Assembly: GCA_963805855.1 (NCBI GenBank)
Contig: CAWDVW010000006.1
Coordinates: forward strand, 224,001-288,000
Direction: 5' to 3'
Source of the DNA: Candidatus Dadabacteria bacterium
Lineage (GTDB): Bacteria > Desulfobacterota_D > UBA1144 > Nemesobacterales > CSP1-2
DNA length: 64,000 nucleotides
Under the pieces are notes generated by a model. It ran no database searches. It was not told the DNA's origin and saw only the letters and a list, made by a program, of their open reading frames with translations. Below are positions 33,070 through 44,346 of this stretch, one piece after another (position 1 is the first letter of the stretch; each line of letters starts with the position of its first letter). A program made the position numbers and the translations under genes.

Positions 33070-34982
33070 CTATTGTCCATCTGTATCATCATTGCCTGGA
33101 TTTTGTAGAAGCTCGTCCGCCATTTTTCGCTGTAACGGCTTTTTAGCTAACTTAAAGAGCTTGCCGTATGCGCCCGCGTGAACCAGCTTAAAGTGGCTAG
33201 TGAAAAACTCATCCATGGGCAAGTCTACCTCTTTACCATCCGTACCGGACCAGGAAGTAGGTAGCGCCCAAGGCCTTCAGCTCGCTATAGAGACCTTGTC
33301 CTTCCGTGAGTTTACTAAGAATGCGAGAGTAACGTGCGGGGCCGAACCAGTCCCCCTCAAAGTTACCGTCGGCAAAGTAGGTGATTCTCACGTCGTAGAG
33401 GGGCATAGACCGTGTAGTCATTTCCGTCTAGCTCGTTAAGGAATTTGTATGCTGAATAAGAAGGCAATTGCTTCGCTAAATAGGAATCTCGCTGCTCTTG
33501 TGTCACTGGCACTGGACCTTGCTGACGCACTTCATTCACGGCATAAGGAAAGCCAGGCAACATCAATAAGCCAATTCCAAGGGCCGTGATCAGCGCGTGG
33601 CTAGTCCGTCTGCGCCAGAAGGGCAACCAGAGTAATAGGCGTCCCAGAGATTCTGCAGTTACCAAACTGAGAATTGTGAATATTGGGAGGAGATAACGCA
33701 GTACCCGAGCAGTGAAAAACCAAAATAAGGTATACGCAAAAATGCAGATCAACATAGCTCTTAGGTATCGATTTCGAAATCCAAAGAGGAGCGAGACAGG
33801 AAATGTGAAGAAGTAGATTGGTGACAGCGAGGATGGGGAGTTGAAGAGTTGTGGATTAAAAGTCAGATCCCAAGGAAGAGTAAGAAGGGAAACTAATGAT
33901 TTCCATGAAACAATGGCCTTTATCAGTATTGGTAGTTCTATATCTACATCTTCAGGACTATAGATGGTATACCCAAAGACCTGACCAAAGAACGGAAAAA
34001 CAGGGTTCCCGGTATAATAAATGTTTCGCAGATAGAAAGGAGCCGCTACACAGACGGCAATTATCGCAAAGACCGCAGGATAAGTCCAACGTCGCTGGCG
34101 CACGCCGATATATAAAGCAGCAAGCACGAAAGCGCCGAGGAGGAAAATTGCATTGTATTTTGACCCCATGGCAAGTCCCGTGAAAGCCCCAGCGATAACT
34201 AACCAGTAACGTTCCTTGTTAAACATCCAGTTAAAAAAGGCATAGACACCTAGAGTCACGAATAAGGTCAGTCCAAGATCGATATAAGCCGAGGTGCCTA
34301 GCCACATTACTAAAGGATTTCCAAGCCATAAGGCCGCTGCCCATAATCCAGCCCTTGAAGAGAAGACCCGGTGTCCCCAGGCATAGAGGGCAACAGCTAC
34401 TAGTAACATCATAAGAAACTGCGTGAGTTGCGCTGCGATGTCGTCATAAACCAGCATGAGGGTGAAGAGCATCTCATTAATCTGTGGGAACAGGGGAAAA
34501 CGTAGGTAAGGTACCACAATAATCTGATGACTCTGTACATATATCTTGGGGTAAGGCAAGTGATACATAGTGGCATCGAAAGCTGTGGGTGGATAGAGGG
34601 GCAATAATAATATAGGCAGTAAAATAATTAGGATCACGAGGCATATGGTCACTCCTGGGAATAGAGATTTATATTTCGAGGCACTTAACGTCTTCCAGCA
34701 TGTAGCGATCGTGCGGAACCACGCAGTCCACACCGGATAGCACCCCAATAGGCAAGCCAGGATTACAAGTAATAAGGTAGATGGATATAGGAATCCTAAC
34801 ATGCCCAGGAAAAATACTAAGTAAGCAACGATCCCCATTCCTAGGCCAATGGAGAAGGCGATTTGTTCCCAGATAGAGTCAAACTTTAATTTCAAGAGGA
34901 GTCTGCGGCCGAAGATATAGCTAGTGAGGGTAAATAGTCCTAGGGCTAAATAGTGTGATAAAGCGAAGCTAATTTCTCTCAT
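33070..34982 (-). CDS. GT-C (ArnT/PMT-like) membrane glycosyltransferase (3' frameshifts)
   Basis: FDATMYHL, TGNPVFP, RYLLP; tail continues to TAG at 33070 across two shifts. Confidence 0.78.
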
Positions 34983-36723
34983 TTGGATGTTTCGCCATTA
35001 TTCAAGTTTCCAAGAAGCTCCTTAAAATTTTCCAGTTTAAACAAACTAAACACTTCAGCCCCAGATTTTTCGTAAAATGCGTTTACCTTTCTCAACTTTC
35101 CACCATTTGACGCAACGAGTTTATAAAATGACTCGCTTATATTCTTATAATAATTGGTGTATATAGGAAAATATAAGCTATCCTTCATCTTATTTTCTGG
35201 AGATAGAAAAAAAGTCCTAAAAACTTGAAACCTTTCTTTCTCTGTTGTTGCATTAAGCAGATCAAATACTATCGAGTTAATTTTTACCTGACCTTTATTC
35301 AGGAAATACAACTGAGAATATAAGCCCCACTGTATATGGACTATATCATTGTAATCGATACCATTTTCGTCAATATACGATTTTAAATCGTAAATTGCTG
35401 GGCTAAAATATCCTGTACCGTTTGTTTTATTGGCTTCACTAACCTTGGCGTTTGAGACAACGAGATTCATACCCAATATAAGAATGGGTATGGCAAAGAC
35501 AATGAATCTCACTGGCTTATATACGCCAAATAATCTATACATTAAAACTAACGCAGACAAAATTGTTAGTTCATAAAATGGAATTAGATATACATAATGA
35601 CCAGCTCTTGTAGTATTTGGGCTTATCAGTATAAACACCATTATCAATAAGAATACGAGTAAAGGGAAAAAATATAATTTGTGTTCTTTTGCCTCTTTCA
35701 ATTTAAAAATTTTATATAGAGAGACAATGAATATAATTATAATTGCTAAAGTTATTACAATATATAAATAATAATACTCCCCAAAGAAAGAAAATAAAAT
35801 TTTGAATTTAATGCTGAGTTCATCAATAAGGGGTTTCGCTTGTTTATAATCTATAGGAGTTTTGTTGTATTCAGTGCGACTGAATATTTTTAGAAAAAAT
35901 GGTTTCAGCGTCGGAAACCCGGAATAGATGTTGTAGATTATATAATTAAATAATCCAAAAAAAACTCCAAGGAGGATAGTAATAATATTTTTAAAAGAGG
36001 ACAATACTGATATCCAATATTTTCTGAAGAACATGAAACTTGACAGGATCAAGGCGGCGATAATCCATGAAGAATAAAAAGCTAAATTTGCGCTAAAGAA
36101 AAGAAAAAAAACAGCTAGAAATAGAATTACAGGCTTATGAGACTTGGTAAAATATTTATGAAATAAGTATATTGACAGCGGTATTAAGAAAATGTGCCAG
36201 GAATCAGCGAAGCCATTGCGTATCTCTGGATAAAAAATTGGCGATGTTGCAATTAATAAGCTTGAGCAAAATGCAAGCAGAAAATTGTGTCTTGAGACAA
36301 TAAAAAAAAACCTGTTATCGATATAAAAAAATAGAAAAATTCAAGAAATCGTAAGCCAAACAGGTAGTTATCAAAAAAACAAATGGGTAAGAAAGGTATG
36401 ATAGCTACTGACGAAATGTATTGTTTATACATTAAAGGAATAGAAACATCAAAAAGGTGAATATCAAAAATGCTCTGATTATAGGGATATGCCACAGGAT
36501 TAAATAAGGGGATCAGGTTGTTTACTCTGAATACCTCATCAAATTGCAACCCATAATCCAGGCTGCCTCTAAATAAAAAACCAATAATTGCAAATAATAT
36601 TAAAATCACCAAGGTGCTTTTTATTTTATTTGCTTTACTGGGCAAATCTTTAATTTCGATTGTTGAACTCTTAATGGGCATCAGCATGTTTGCATATGGG
36701 CTAAGCAAACTATACTTTCTCAC
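34979..36723 (-). CDS. GT-C-like membrane protein (frameshift in A9 run near 36305)
   Basis: GLQFDE after first TM; continuous TM-rich frame joins the 36052 ORF. Confidence 0.7.
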
Positions 36724-36789
36724 TAATTAAATATTGCGCCAATATTAATTTTGACCATACCCCATATGTTGTCATTTCTTGATAGAAAA

Positions 36790-37064
36790 TTATTTTATTG
36801 CCTTGTGATAATCTTCAGGTTTGCCTATATCAATAAAATAACCATCTGATTTGTGAAGCCGTCTGAGTTGGCGTGGTCCATTAAATTTGCAGAAGGACCA
36901 ATCGTCCAGCCATACTTGCGATGGTATCTCCAATGGCGGCTGATATTGAGGTCATAACCGGAGAGACGAAACCCTAACTCGATGATGCCAAGAAAGAAAA
37001 CGAGGTAAGATAACAATAGTGGAGTCTTATACAGAACGTCTTTGTTCGTAACTTTCTTAGCCAT
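36790..37064 (-). pseudogene. Chimeric scar: SGNH-hydrolase-like N-terminus joined to NTP-transferase C-terminus
   Basis: MAKK..IIELGFR..YGW..NSDGF, then in shifted frame SDGYFIDIGKPEDYHKAIK*. Confidence 0.55.
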
Positions 37065-37269
37065 GTTGCTCACTGAGGTGAAGACAGTACATTGCAATCC
37101 GCGCCACACCACAAACAATGCGCATTCACTGTAAATGGATTAAAATTTTTAATTAACCCTCTTTCATATTGCCACCTCTCACCGTACTCATCTCTCATCT
37201 TTGAAGCACAGCCTGGACTCACCTTGGCGGCGCTCACCTAGCATTTAGCGACTTCTGTGTCTTTGCTCC

Positions 37270-38388
37270 TCATGATTCATATTTAACGTCAATGTCAACA
37301 TTTGAACTTGAATTGTTGGCTAATTCCCTCTCGGATTTTATTTTCATACTCTTCGCAGAATCTTCTTTAGCCGCCATGATTCCTTTAATTTTGCATGCCT
37401 TAAATGTCCACTTGTATGCGTTGTGTAAAAGCCGTGATGTTAAATTATCTTGGCTAAATCCATAAGTAGTGTTCAAATTGGCGATTTTGTCTAATTCAAA
37501 GGTTGACCTGATTTTTGCATTAAAGATAGGACGAATTACTTCCCATTCCTCCTCACTTCCCATGACCTCCGCCCACTTATGAAGCCCTGGATCCTGATGC
37601 AATCTACTTAAGATATACTGATCTCTTCCGCGAAGTATAAGACGTTTGCAAAAATCATGAAGTGTAATGGCACGATTCGCCATACTAACCGCTTTAGCGT
37701 TGTAGACAACCTTTAGGTTATATCGGGACAGACGGAATCCAAGCTCGATATCTTCACAAATACGCACAATGGGATTAAAAACGCCATATTCAATTAAAAA
37801 CGACCTCTTACAAGAAAGCCTTCCTGCCCAGAAATAGGTATAATCAAGAATATCTCCATGTTTTATATTTGGATATGAAAAAAGTAAATGGCCGACTTCA
37901 GTTATATAATGCATTAATGGTGTAAGTGTAAGACTTGGCGACCAGCCCGTATAATTCAATACGGCGTAGTTATCGTCTGGATATTTATCATGAGAATTTA
38001 TATGTTCTTCTAAAAGAGTTGGTGTTGCTATGTCATCATCGTCTAGAAAAAACAAGATTCTCCCTTGAGCTGCATATATACCATGATTCTTAGCTGAAGA
38101 ACGACCCGCATTTTTTTGATAGAAGTATTTGATCGGGAGTCGATCAAAAAATGAATATACATTCTCCTTTGTCTGATCATCAGACCCGTCGTCAATTATT
38201 ATGACCTCGTAATCTTTCTTATCCAAAGTTTGTTCAACAAGACTTTCAAGTGCCGTTTTAAGAAGACTATCTCGATTGAATGTATTTATGATGACACTAA
38301 GGTGAGGAGTATTTTTTACTGAATTCAAGTTATTATTCGGATCAGACGCACCTTTCTCGAAGGGCATTTTTTTTCTTCTGTGGCGCAT
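37270..38388 (-). CDS. GT2 glycosyltransferase
   Basis: SVIINTFNR, IDDGSDD, FLDDD, EDIELG. Confidence 0.88.
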   Translation of the reverse strand: MRHRRKKMPFEKGASDPNNNLNSVKNTPHLSVIINTFNRDSLLKTALESLVEQTLDKKDYEVIIIDDGSDDQTKENVYSFFDRLPIKYFYQKNAGRSSAKNHGIYAAQGRILFFLDDDDIATPTLLEEHINSHDKYPDDNYAVLNYTGWSPSLTLTPLMHYITEVGHLLFSYPNIKHGDILDYTYFWAGRLSCKRSFLIEYGVFNPIVRICEDIELGFRLSRYNLKVVYNAKAVSMANRAITLHDFCKRLILRGRDQYILSRLHQDPGLHKWAEVMGSEEEWEVIRPIFNAKIRSTFELDKIANLNTTYGFSQDNLTSRLLHNAYKWTFKACKIKGIMAAKEDSAKSMKIKSERELANNSSSNVDIDVKYES

Positions 38389-39043
38389 TTGTTAAACGGT
38401 TTACTGAAGGTAAAAATAGCTTGAAAACATCGAAAGGCCTACAAATTTTCGTACTGCTAAATGGTTGATGTACCCAATCTCCAAGTAAATCGTGCCCACC
38501 CAATTTCTGAAAGATAGCAAAGTTTTCCCGAGTCTCTAATTTTTCCCATTTGGGATCATTCAGCATAAATTTTACCAGAATATGACAGCTTATTATGTCA
38601 GTATCGTCGATAAACATCAAGCCACCTTGTTTTAGAAGCTCTGCACAGTAAAACCAGTCAACTATTGGGAAGGGGAATCTATGAGCTCCGTCAATAAAGG
38701 CAATATCGTATTTTTCCCCGGAGATTCTTGGTAAAAGGTTGGGAGAATTGCCAATCGAGAATTCAAAACTGGCCAGAGATACGTCTAATTTACGGCAATA
38801 AGCTGTTATACGATTAACTTCATCTTGGGAGGAGACAATACTAGTATGGATGGAAGCATTGGTTATACAGAAATACCACGTGGTATAACCGGCTCCCGTC
38901 TCTGTTGTATGCATTCTTGGATTTAAGTAGTGGTCGAGAAACCTCAACAATTGCAAATTCGAATTCCACGATATTAAATTACCTTTCTCATCAAGCTGAA
39001 GTAATGGAAGGGCACTTTCTAATCTGTTTACTATTTGAGCCAT
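38342..39043 (-). CDS. Methyltransferase (Methyltransf_24-like)
   Basis: ETGAGYTT, FIDGAHRFP, GGLMFIDD. Confidence 0.8.
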   Translation of the reverse strand: MAQIVNRLESALPLLQLDEKGNLISWNSNLQLLRFLDHYLNPRMHTTETGAGYTTWYFCITNASIHTSIVSSQDEVNRITAYCRKLDVSLASFEFSIGNSPNLLPRISGEKYDIAFIDGAHRFPFPIVDWFYCAELLKQGGLMFIDDTDIISCHILVKFMLNDPKWEKLETRENFAIFQKLGGHDLLGDWVHQPFSSTKICRPFDVFKLFLPSVNRLTNAPQKKKNALRERCV

Positions 39044-39228
39044 TTTTTATAATCACGCGAGTACTTTCATCTATAAAACCATAACTTGAAATCCCAGGCT
39101 TTTAATCCTGGGGAAAAATCTTTCCCTTAGCATAGCTCAGGTAAATTTTCGACATGCACTACGAAAACTAAGCAAGTCAGAAGGACGAATCGTTGGCCTT
39201 TAAACCGAGTAATGATTCACTTTTCATC

Positions 39229-39969
39229 CTATGAATACGACTCCAATATTCTAAATGCTTCTCCTTTCGATAAGTGAGGGTTCCGTGACAAATAGTCTTC
39301 CATATTTTTATTGGCTTTGTTATAGTCGTAGTTTGTAACAGGTTTTCTCATGCTATGATCTACAGGGGTAGCATCTATTATACCCATTCTCAAGCCCATC
39401 TTTTCGATTAGATAGGGCCACACGAAGTCGTAACCCCAACCCATGTAATTACTCTCATCGAAAGGGAAAATCAGTGAATATATATCGTGTCGCACAGAAA
39501 ATAGCGGTCCAATCTCAACATATCGAGTCCTTCTAGCCTTCAACCCAGAAAGCTGCCTGACAAAGTGGAAGTCTATATAGCTTTCATGGGTTCTTGCTGG
39601 TTGAGCGAGCGCAAAATCATATCTAGCAACCAACTGGAGATAAGATTCTAGAAAATTATCAGGCAATGCAATATCATCATCACAAATAATCACGAAATCA
39701 TAATGATCTAGATCTTCTTTTAGTAGCATCTTATTTAATAACACGAATTTGGGTAGTCCATCCTGAAAATCCATCTCTGTTACTTTTCTGACGTCTTCCG
39801 AAGAGATCTCTCCTCCTATGTTAATCCACTTCTGTTTCAATTTCCACTTACAGGACTTATTAAATTCGTTAACTAGATGCCCTATATTGTTTTTTTGCTT
39901 TGAAAGATAAATGCCTAATATTAAAATTGACACGTTACTTGGCATAAAAATCCCTCGTGAAGAAGTCAC
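39229..39969 (-). CDS. DUF707-like / GT-A fold protein
   Basis: CDDDI, LAQPART, YVEIGP, GWGYD. Confidence 0.7.
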   Translation of the reverse strand: MTSSRGIFMPSNVSILILGIYLSKQKNNIGHLVNEFNKSCKWKLKQKWINIGGEISSEDVRKVTEMDFQDGLPKFVLLNKMLLKEDLDHYDFVIICDDDIALPDNFLESYLQLVARYDFALAQPARTHESYIDFHFVRQLSGLKARRTRYVEIGPLFSVRHDIYSLIFPFDESNYMGWGYDFVWPYLIEKMGLRMGIIDATPVDHSMRKPVTNYDYNKANKNMEDYLSRNPHLSKGEAFRILESYS

Positions 39970-40012
39970 TTGAAATAACCCGACAGTTATTTAGATTCGC
40001 GTGCGACGAAAA

Positions 40013-42733
40013 TTACCCAGCATCAAGCACGTCACCAAATTTCAAACTCATTTCGTCGTGCAATTGGTGCTCCTGTATCGAGTGAAAAATCTCAGCAAGC
40101 TTTTTACTGATAATTTCTTTAGAATAGTTTTTTTCAATATGTTCAATAGATTGTATAGAAATTTTATTCCAAAGCAACTCATCCGTATATAATCTTGCTA
40201 CAGCATCTGCAAATCCTTTTGGTTCATCTGTGATAAGCGCATTTTCACCATCTACAAGTCCCATGCCTTCTGCACCAATTTTAGTGGTCACCACCGGCAG
40301 ACCACAAGCCATGCTTTGTCCAATTTTACCCTTCATTCCTGAACCGTAGCGTAAGGGCGCAACAAATACACGACAATTCTTAAAGTAAGGGGTTACATCT
40401 TTCACGTACCCTGTTACTAAGATATCCTCTGAATGGAGTTGTTGAATTGATTTTGGGGGGTTACTACCAATTATGAAGAATTTCATATCTTCTATCTTGT
40501 TTTTAACTATTGGCAGTATTTCTCTGATAAAGTAAATAACAGCGTCCTCGTTCGGCCGATGAAAAAATCCACCTATAAACATTATATTTTTTCTTTCTTC
40601 AAATGTTCTGTCTACTTTGACAACATCGTGAACGTTTGGTACTACTTCTACCTTAAGTTCCGGGATTTCCTTTAACAAAAGTTCTTTTTCATCTTCAGTT
40701 ACAGTAAATACGGTGTCAGAGCAAGCAGAATTAAAAAGTTCCATAGATTTATAATGATTGGCCTCATGAAGCAGCGCCTCCTTTCCGCTAACCGTCGCAG
40801 CTCTTTTCAATCTCAACCAGTGAAGGTCGACCGTATCATATATGATGCTACTATTTATGGCATAGGCCCTAATATAGGGTATATATTTAAATGCAATTTC
40901 TGGTCTTGATAAAATTACAAAAGTAAAAATGTGTCCAATTTTTTGTAGGTATTTCTCGAAATCAACTGTTGCATCTAATATAGTTATTCCTATTTGGTGA
41001 AGTTCGCTCGAATACGGTTCCGTCTTCTTACAGTCATCGGGGAGAAAGGCGACCTTGAAGCCGATTTCATTTAGTATTCTTAACATTGAATACATTCTTA
41101 AGGATCCAGAGTCCTTATCATACGTAGGTACAAATCGATCAATTACAAGAATCCACTCATCTTCTTCTGATACAGTAACGATTATATCTCTCAAACCTAT
41201 ATCATCTTCAAATGTTATTTCCTTTGATTCTTTAATAGCCCTTGAGGGGTTTTTAAATTCTTTCAGTTTCTCCTTCGTTTTAAGGACAAACATTGACCAT
41301 CCTTGGAACGTAATTGTTTTAATGCTTTTCCAAAACAATTCATAGGTAGACCGCCTAAAGGTCCCAACCGGCATAACTCTAGCTTCCAAGCTACGGAATT
41401 TGGCTATCAACCGCCAACCAATACTGCTGTTAGCATCTAGCCAAAATTGATAAAGCGACTCTTTTTCCATAGCCATCTCTTCCACAGTCTTCTGCTTGTC
41501 ATTCACGACAACTCGAAGCTGCCCAACTCGTTCCGTTAACCGTTCTATCTCATCCGTTAGTAGATTCTCCTGTTGCTTTTGCTCTCCTAGTGCCTCTGCA
41601 AGTTGAGCTACGTGCTGCTCTTTGTCGGCGAGTAACTGCTGAAGTTGAGCTACGTGCTGCTCTTTGTCTGCGAGTGACTGCTGAAGTTGAGCTACGTGCT
41701 GCTCTTTGTCTGCGAGTGACTGCTGAAGTTGAGCTACATGCTGCTCTTTGTCTGCGAGTGACTGCTGTTGTAATTTTATTGTTATTGAAAAGTTGTTGAT
41801 TTGTTGATCCTTGCTTATCAAAACACTTTCTAACTGCGCCCTCGGTTCTTCATGATGGAACCGTTCGAGCAGCCTGGAAAACTTGCTAATGTTTTCTGAT
41901 ATCAAATTCTCCGGTCGACGATCCGAAGTTGAAGGTACAAATCCTTCCGTCGTAAGAGCACGCAGGCCAATGTAAAATAACTTATGTTCGGTTGTAAGCT
42001 TGTCTTCGTTTAAGAGTTCGAATGTTTCACAAGTATGGTGTCTTAACTCATGGAAAATTGTTTCATGAAGTTTGGATAGATCGTTAGGCCTTTGTAGCCC
42101 ACAGAACTCAACTAATTTGCTGATTTCCCGTGCCCAATCGTTAAAAAAGTCCTCATAAAAAGTAAAAATCCTGAGACAGCCTTCCGTATCCCGAATGGCT
42201 GCTTGCATATACTGATTCCAGAGCAATAGACCTTTTTGCATAGAGAATTTGTCGCGCCTAGCCAAGGACTTGGCGATTTCTAACGGGCTTCGAACACAGA
42301 TTACGAATCGTAGATCAGGAATGAGTAATTTCCAGAATGGAAGTAGGATAGTTGCCCGGGGGTCTTTCCATCCCCATGTTGGACTATTCGAAAAGATTTT
42401 CATTTGGTCTTTTGCTTTAAGGACAATTTGCTCTAATGAAGCATCGTACTCCCACCCCTCTTTAAATAGAGGTGGGTTATCCCAAGACCCTCCCAAGTGC
42501 GCAAGCAAAGCATCGTCGATTTCATAAGTGAAGCTCACGTTCTCGAAGTATCCCATTGGATTTGTCTCACTTGGTTCCATAAGCTGCTCAGGCGGACCTA
42601 AATCTAAACCACACAGGTTGAGCAAGCGAGCGATCATTGAAGTTCCACTGCGATGCATACCTATGATGCAGACCGCCTCATTGTTTTTTTCTTCCATATT
42701 GCTTTGCATCGAGCCACCCGTGGTAATGTCCAT
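40013..42733 (-). CDS. Sulfotransferase + coiled coil + GT4 glycosyltransferase fusion
   Basis: GMHRSGTS, WGWKDPR, VRSPLE; heptad repeats; APLRYGSGMKGKIGQSMACGLPVV. Confidence 0.85.
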   Translation of the reverse strand: MDITTGGSMQSNMEEKNNEAVCIIGMHRSGTSMIARLLNLCGLDLGPPEQLMEPSETNPMGYFENVSFTYEIDDALLAHLGGSWDNPPLFKEGWEYDASLEQIVLKAKDQMKIFSNSPTWGWKDPRATILLPFWKLLIPDLRFVICVRSPLEIAKSLARRDKFSMQKGLLLWNQYMQAAIRDTEGCLRIFTFYEDFFNDWAREISKLVEFCGLQRPNDLSKLHETIFHELRHHTCETFELLNEDKLTTEHKLFYIGLRALTTEGFVPSTSDRRPENLISENISKFSRLLERFHHEEPRAQLESVLISKDQQINNFSITIKLQQQSLADKEQHVAQLQQSLADKEQHVAQLQQSLADKEQHVAQLQQLLADKEQHVAQLAEALGEQKQQENLLTDEIERLTERVGQLRVVVNDKQKTVEEMAMEKESLYQFWLDANSSIGWRLIAKFRSLEARVMPVGTFRRSTYELFWKSIKTITFQGWSMFVLKTKEKLKEFKNPSRAIKESKEITFEDDIGLRDIIVTVSEEDEWILVIDRFVPTYDKDSGSLRMYSMLRILNEIGFKVAFLPDDCKKTEPYSSELHQIGITILDATVDFEKYLQKIGHIFTFVILSRPEIAFKYIPYIRAYAINSSIIYDTVDLHWLRLKRAATVSGKEALLHEANHYKSMELFNSACSDTVFTVTEDEKELLLKEIPELKVEVVPNVHDVVKVDRTFEERKNIMFIGGFFHRPNEDAVIYFIREILPIVKNKIEDMKFFIIGSNPPKSIQQLHSEDILVTGYVKDVTPYFKNCRVFVAPLRYGSGMKGKIGQSMACGLPVVTTKIGAEGMGLVDGENALITDEPKGFADAVARLYTDELLWNKISIQSIEHIEKNYSKEIISKKLAEIFHSIQEHQLHDEMSLKFGDVLDAG
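41600..41767. repeat. Four 42-bp tandem repeats encoding QQSLADKEQHVAQL
   Basis: Units start at 41600, 41642, 41684 and 41726 with few mismatches. Confidence 0.95.
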
Positions 42734-42793
42734 TTGGTGTTTTCTTCTAGTTACTTTTTTTCCTTCTTATGCTATGCAAGATCCTCGATTTTA

Positions 42794-44203
42794 CTAAAGC
42801 GGTTTTGAGAAGTCGATCCTCATTTGGGTTGTTTTTTTTCTTTTTAATTTTAGGAGACGTCTGTATCCCACGCGTCCGGCCAGGTTATTTTCTTCGAAAG
42901 GGTCGTTATATAGATCAAAGAGGAATTCCTCTTTCCCTTGATTGTCTATATGCCTCAGATACTTATAACGATCTGTTCGAACCCCCTCGCTCTTTGCGAT
43001 GCCTGGCTGTTCAAACATATGTTCATAATACCATTCATTACGGATTTTGTTTGAAGCCCCTGCCATGAGAGGAATTAGGCTTATCCCTTGCGATAATTTC
43101 GACTGCGGGAGACCAGCTAACTCAAGGAGCGTAGGATAAAGGTCAATATTCAAGGTCATGGCGGGAACACGTTGTACCTCAGGCTTCACTGCGGGCTTAA
43201 TAATAAGAGGGATCCTAATGGACTCCTCGAATGCCCACCACTTGCCGGCAAGTCCGTGCTCGCCTAGGAGTAAACCATTATCTGACGTGAAAACCAAACA
43301 AGTTTTGTCGTACACGTCACTTTTCTTCAAAGTCGCTACTACTTTTCCTACTACTTCGTCTAAATGTGTGATTAGCCTATAATATTGCTTTACGGAGTGT
43401 TGATACAGTTTGTCGTTTGAGAACAGCCTCTTCCAGCGTCGTCGGCCCTCAGAGTGCTGCAAAAATGCGGGCAACCGATTAAAATGCTCTTCTGTGGCTG
43501 TAGGGGGTCGGGGTATTGTTACCTCTTCGTAGAGATGCGCAAACCTTGGATCAGATTTGAAGGGTTCAGGATCGTCGTCCTGCACATGTGGAGCCTTAGT
43601 GCTGATGGTGAGGCAGAATGGCTTACTTCCATTAATACCTTCTAGGAACTCTACGGATTGGCGACCTTGGATGGTTGTCAAGTGTTCCTGTCTGCCACCA
43701 GCCGGATCGAAATAGTAACCTTGCCCCGTAAATCCTCTCCAATAGTCAAATTCGTATTGTGGCATAGGACCACCGAGTCCCCATTTTCCTATAAAGGCGG
43801 TCTGATATCCAGCCTGCCGGAGCAGCATTGGGTACGATAACTGGAATTCTTCGTGGCTTAGAGGTGTGGAAAAATCCCAGACGTTGTGCCGGTGGGCGTA
43901 CTGTCCTGTAAGGATGCTAGCTCTGCTAGTGGGGCAAATAGAAGTGGTTACAAAATTATTTGTAAACAGGGTGCTGTCTGCTGCCAATGCATCAAGGTTT
44001 GGAGTGTGTATGATGCGGTTCCCAGTCACTCCTATTACATCCCAGCGTATATCATCTGCAAGGAAAACAACAAAATTAAGAGGCCATTTTTTGTGAGTAT
44101 CTTCACTGGGCTTCTTTATAACACCTAAACTTTGAGTACCCAGTGCCCCTGCAATGCCGCCAGTCACAATGCCGGTTATGAAAGACCTTCGATCAATTTT
44201 CAT
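42794..44203 (-). CDS. Formylglycine-type sulfatase with Tat signal
   Basis: RRSFI twin-arginine; FLADD, SICPTSRASILTG, GKW, SDNG, EESIRIP. Confidence 0.9.
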   Translation of the reverse strand: MKIDRRSFITGIVTGGIAGALGTQSLGVIKKPSEDTHKKWPLNFVVFLADDIRWDVIGVTGNRIIHTPNLDALAADSTLFTNNFVTTSICPTSRASILTGQYAHRHNVWDFSTPLSHEEFQLSYPMLLRQAGYQTAFIGKWGLGGPMPQYEFDYWRGFTGQGYYFDPAGGRQEHLTTIQGRQSVEFLEGINGSKPFCLTISTKAPHVQDDDPEPFKSDPRFAHLYEEVTIPRPPTATEEHFNRLPAFLQHSEGRRRWKRLFSNDKLYQHSVKQYYRLITHLDEVVGKVVATLKKSDVYDKTCLVFTSDNGLLLGEHGLAGKWWAFEESIRIPLIIKPAVKPEVQRVPAMTLNIDLYPTLLELAGLPQSKLSQGISLIPLMAGASNKIRNEWYYEHMFEQPGIAKSEGVRTDRYKYLRHIDNQGKEEFLFDLYNDPFEENNLAGRVGYRRLLKLKRKKTTQMRIDFSKPL

Positions 44204-44346
44204 GGGTCAATCTCATAGTGCCTGTTTGTGGCTACGCTCTTGTATATTATCGTAAATTGAATATACCCTTAAGTCAGGAATATCGTCATTATTTGACTCT
44301 GACACCCAAAAGAATAAAGAACCTTCGGATGTTTTGTATAATCTCA

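Noticed and set aside
39092-39113. TCCCAGGCTTTTAATCCTGGGG hairpin resembling an IS200/IS605 end
   Set aside because: Single imperfect copy with no tnpA/tnpB nearby
41600-41767. CRISPR-like periodicity
   Set aside because: No spacers, in-frame coding repeat, no cas genes
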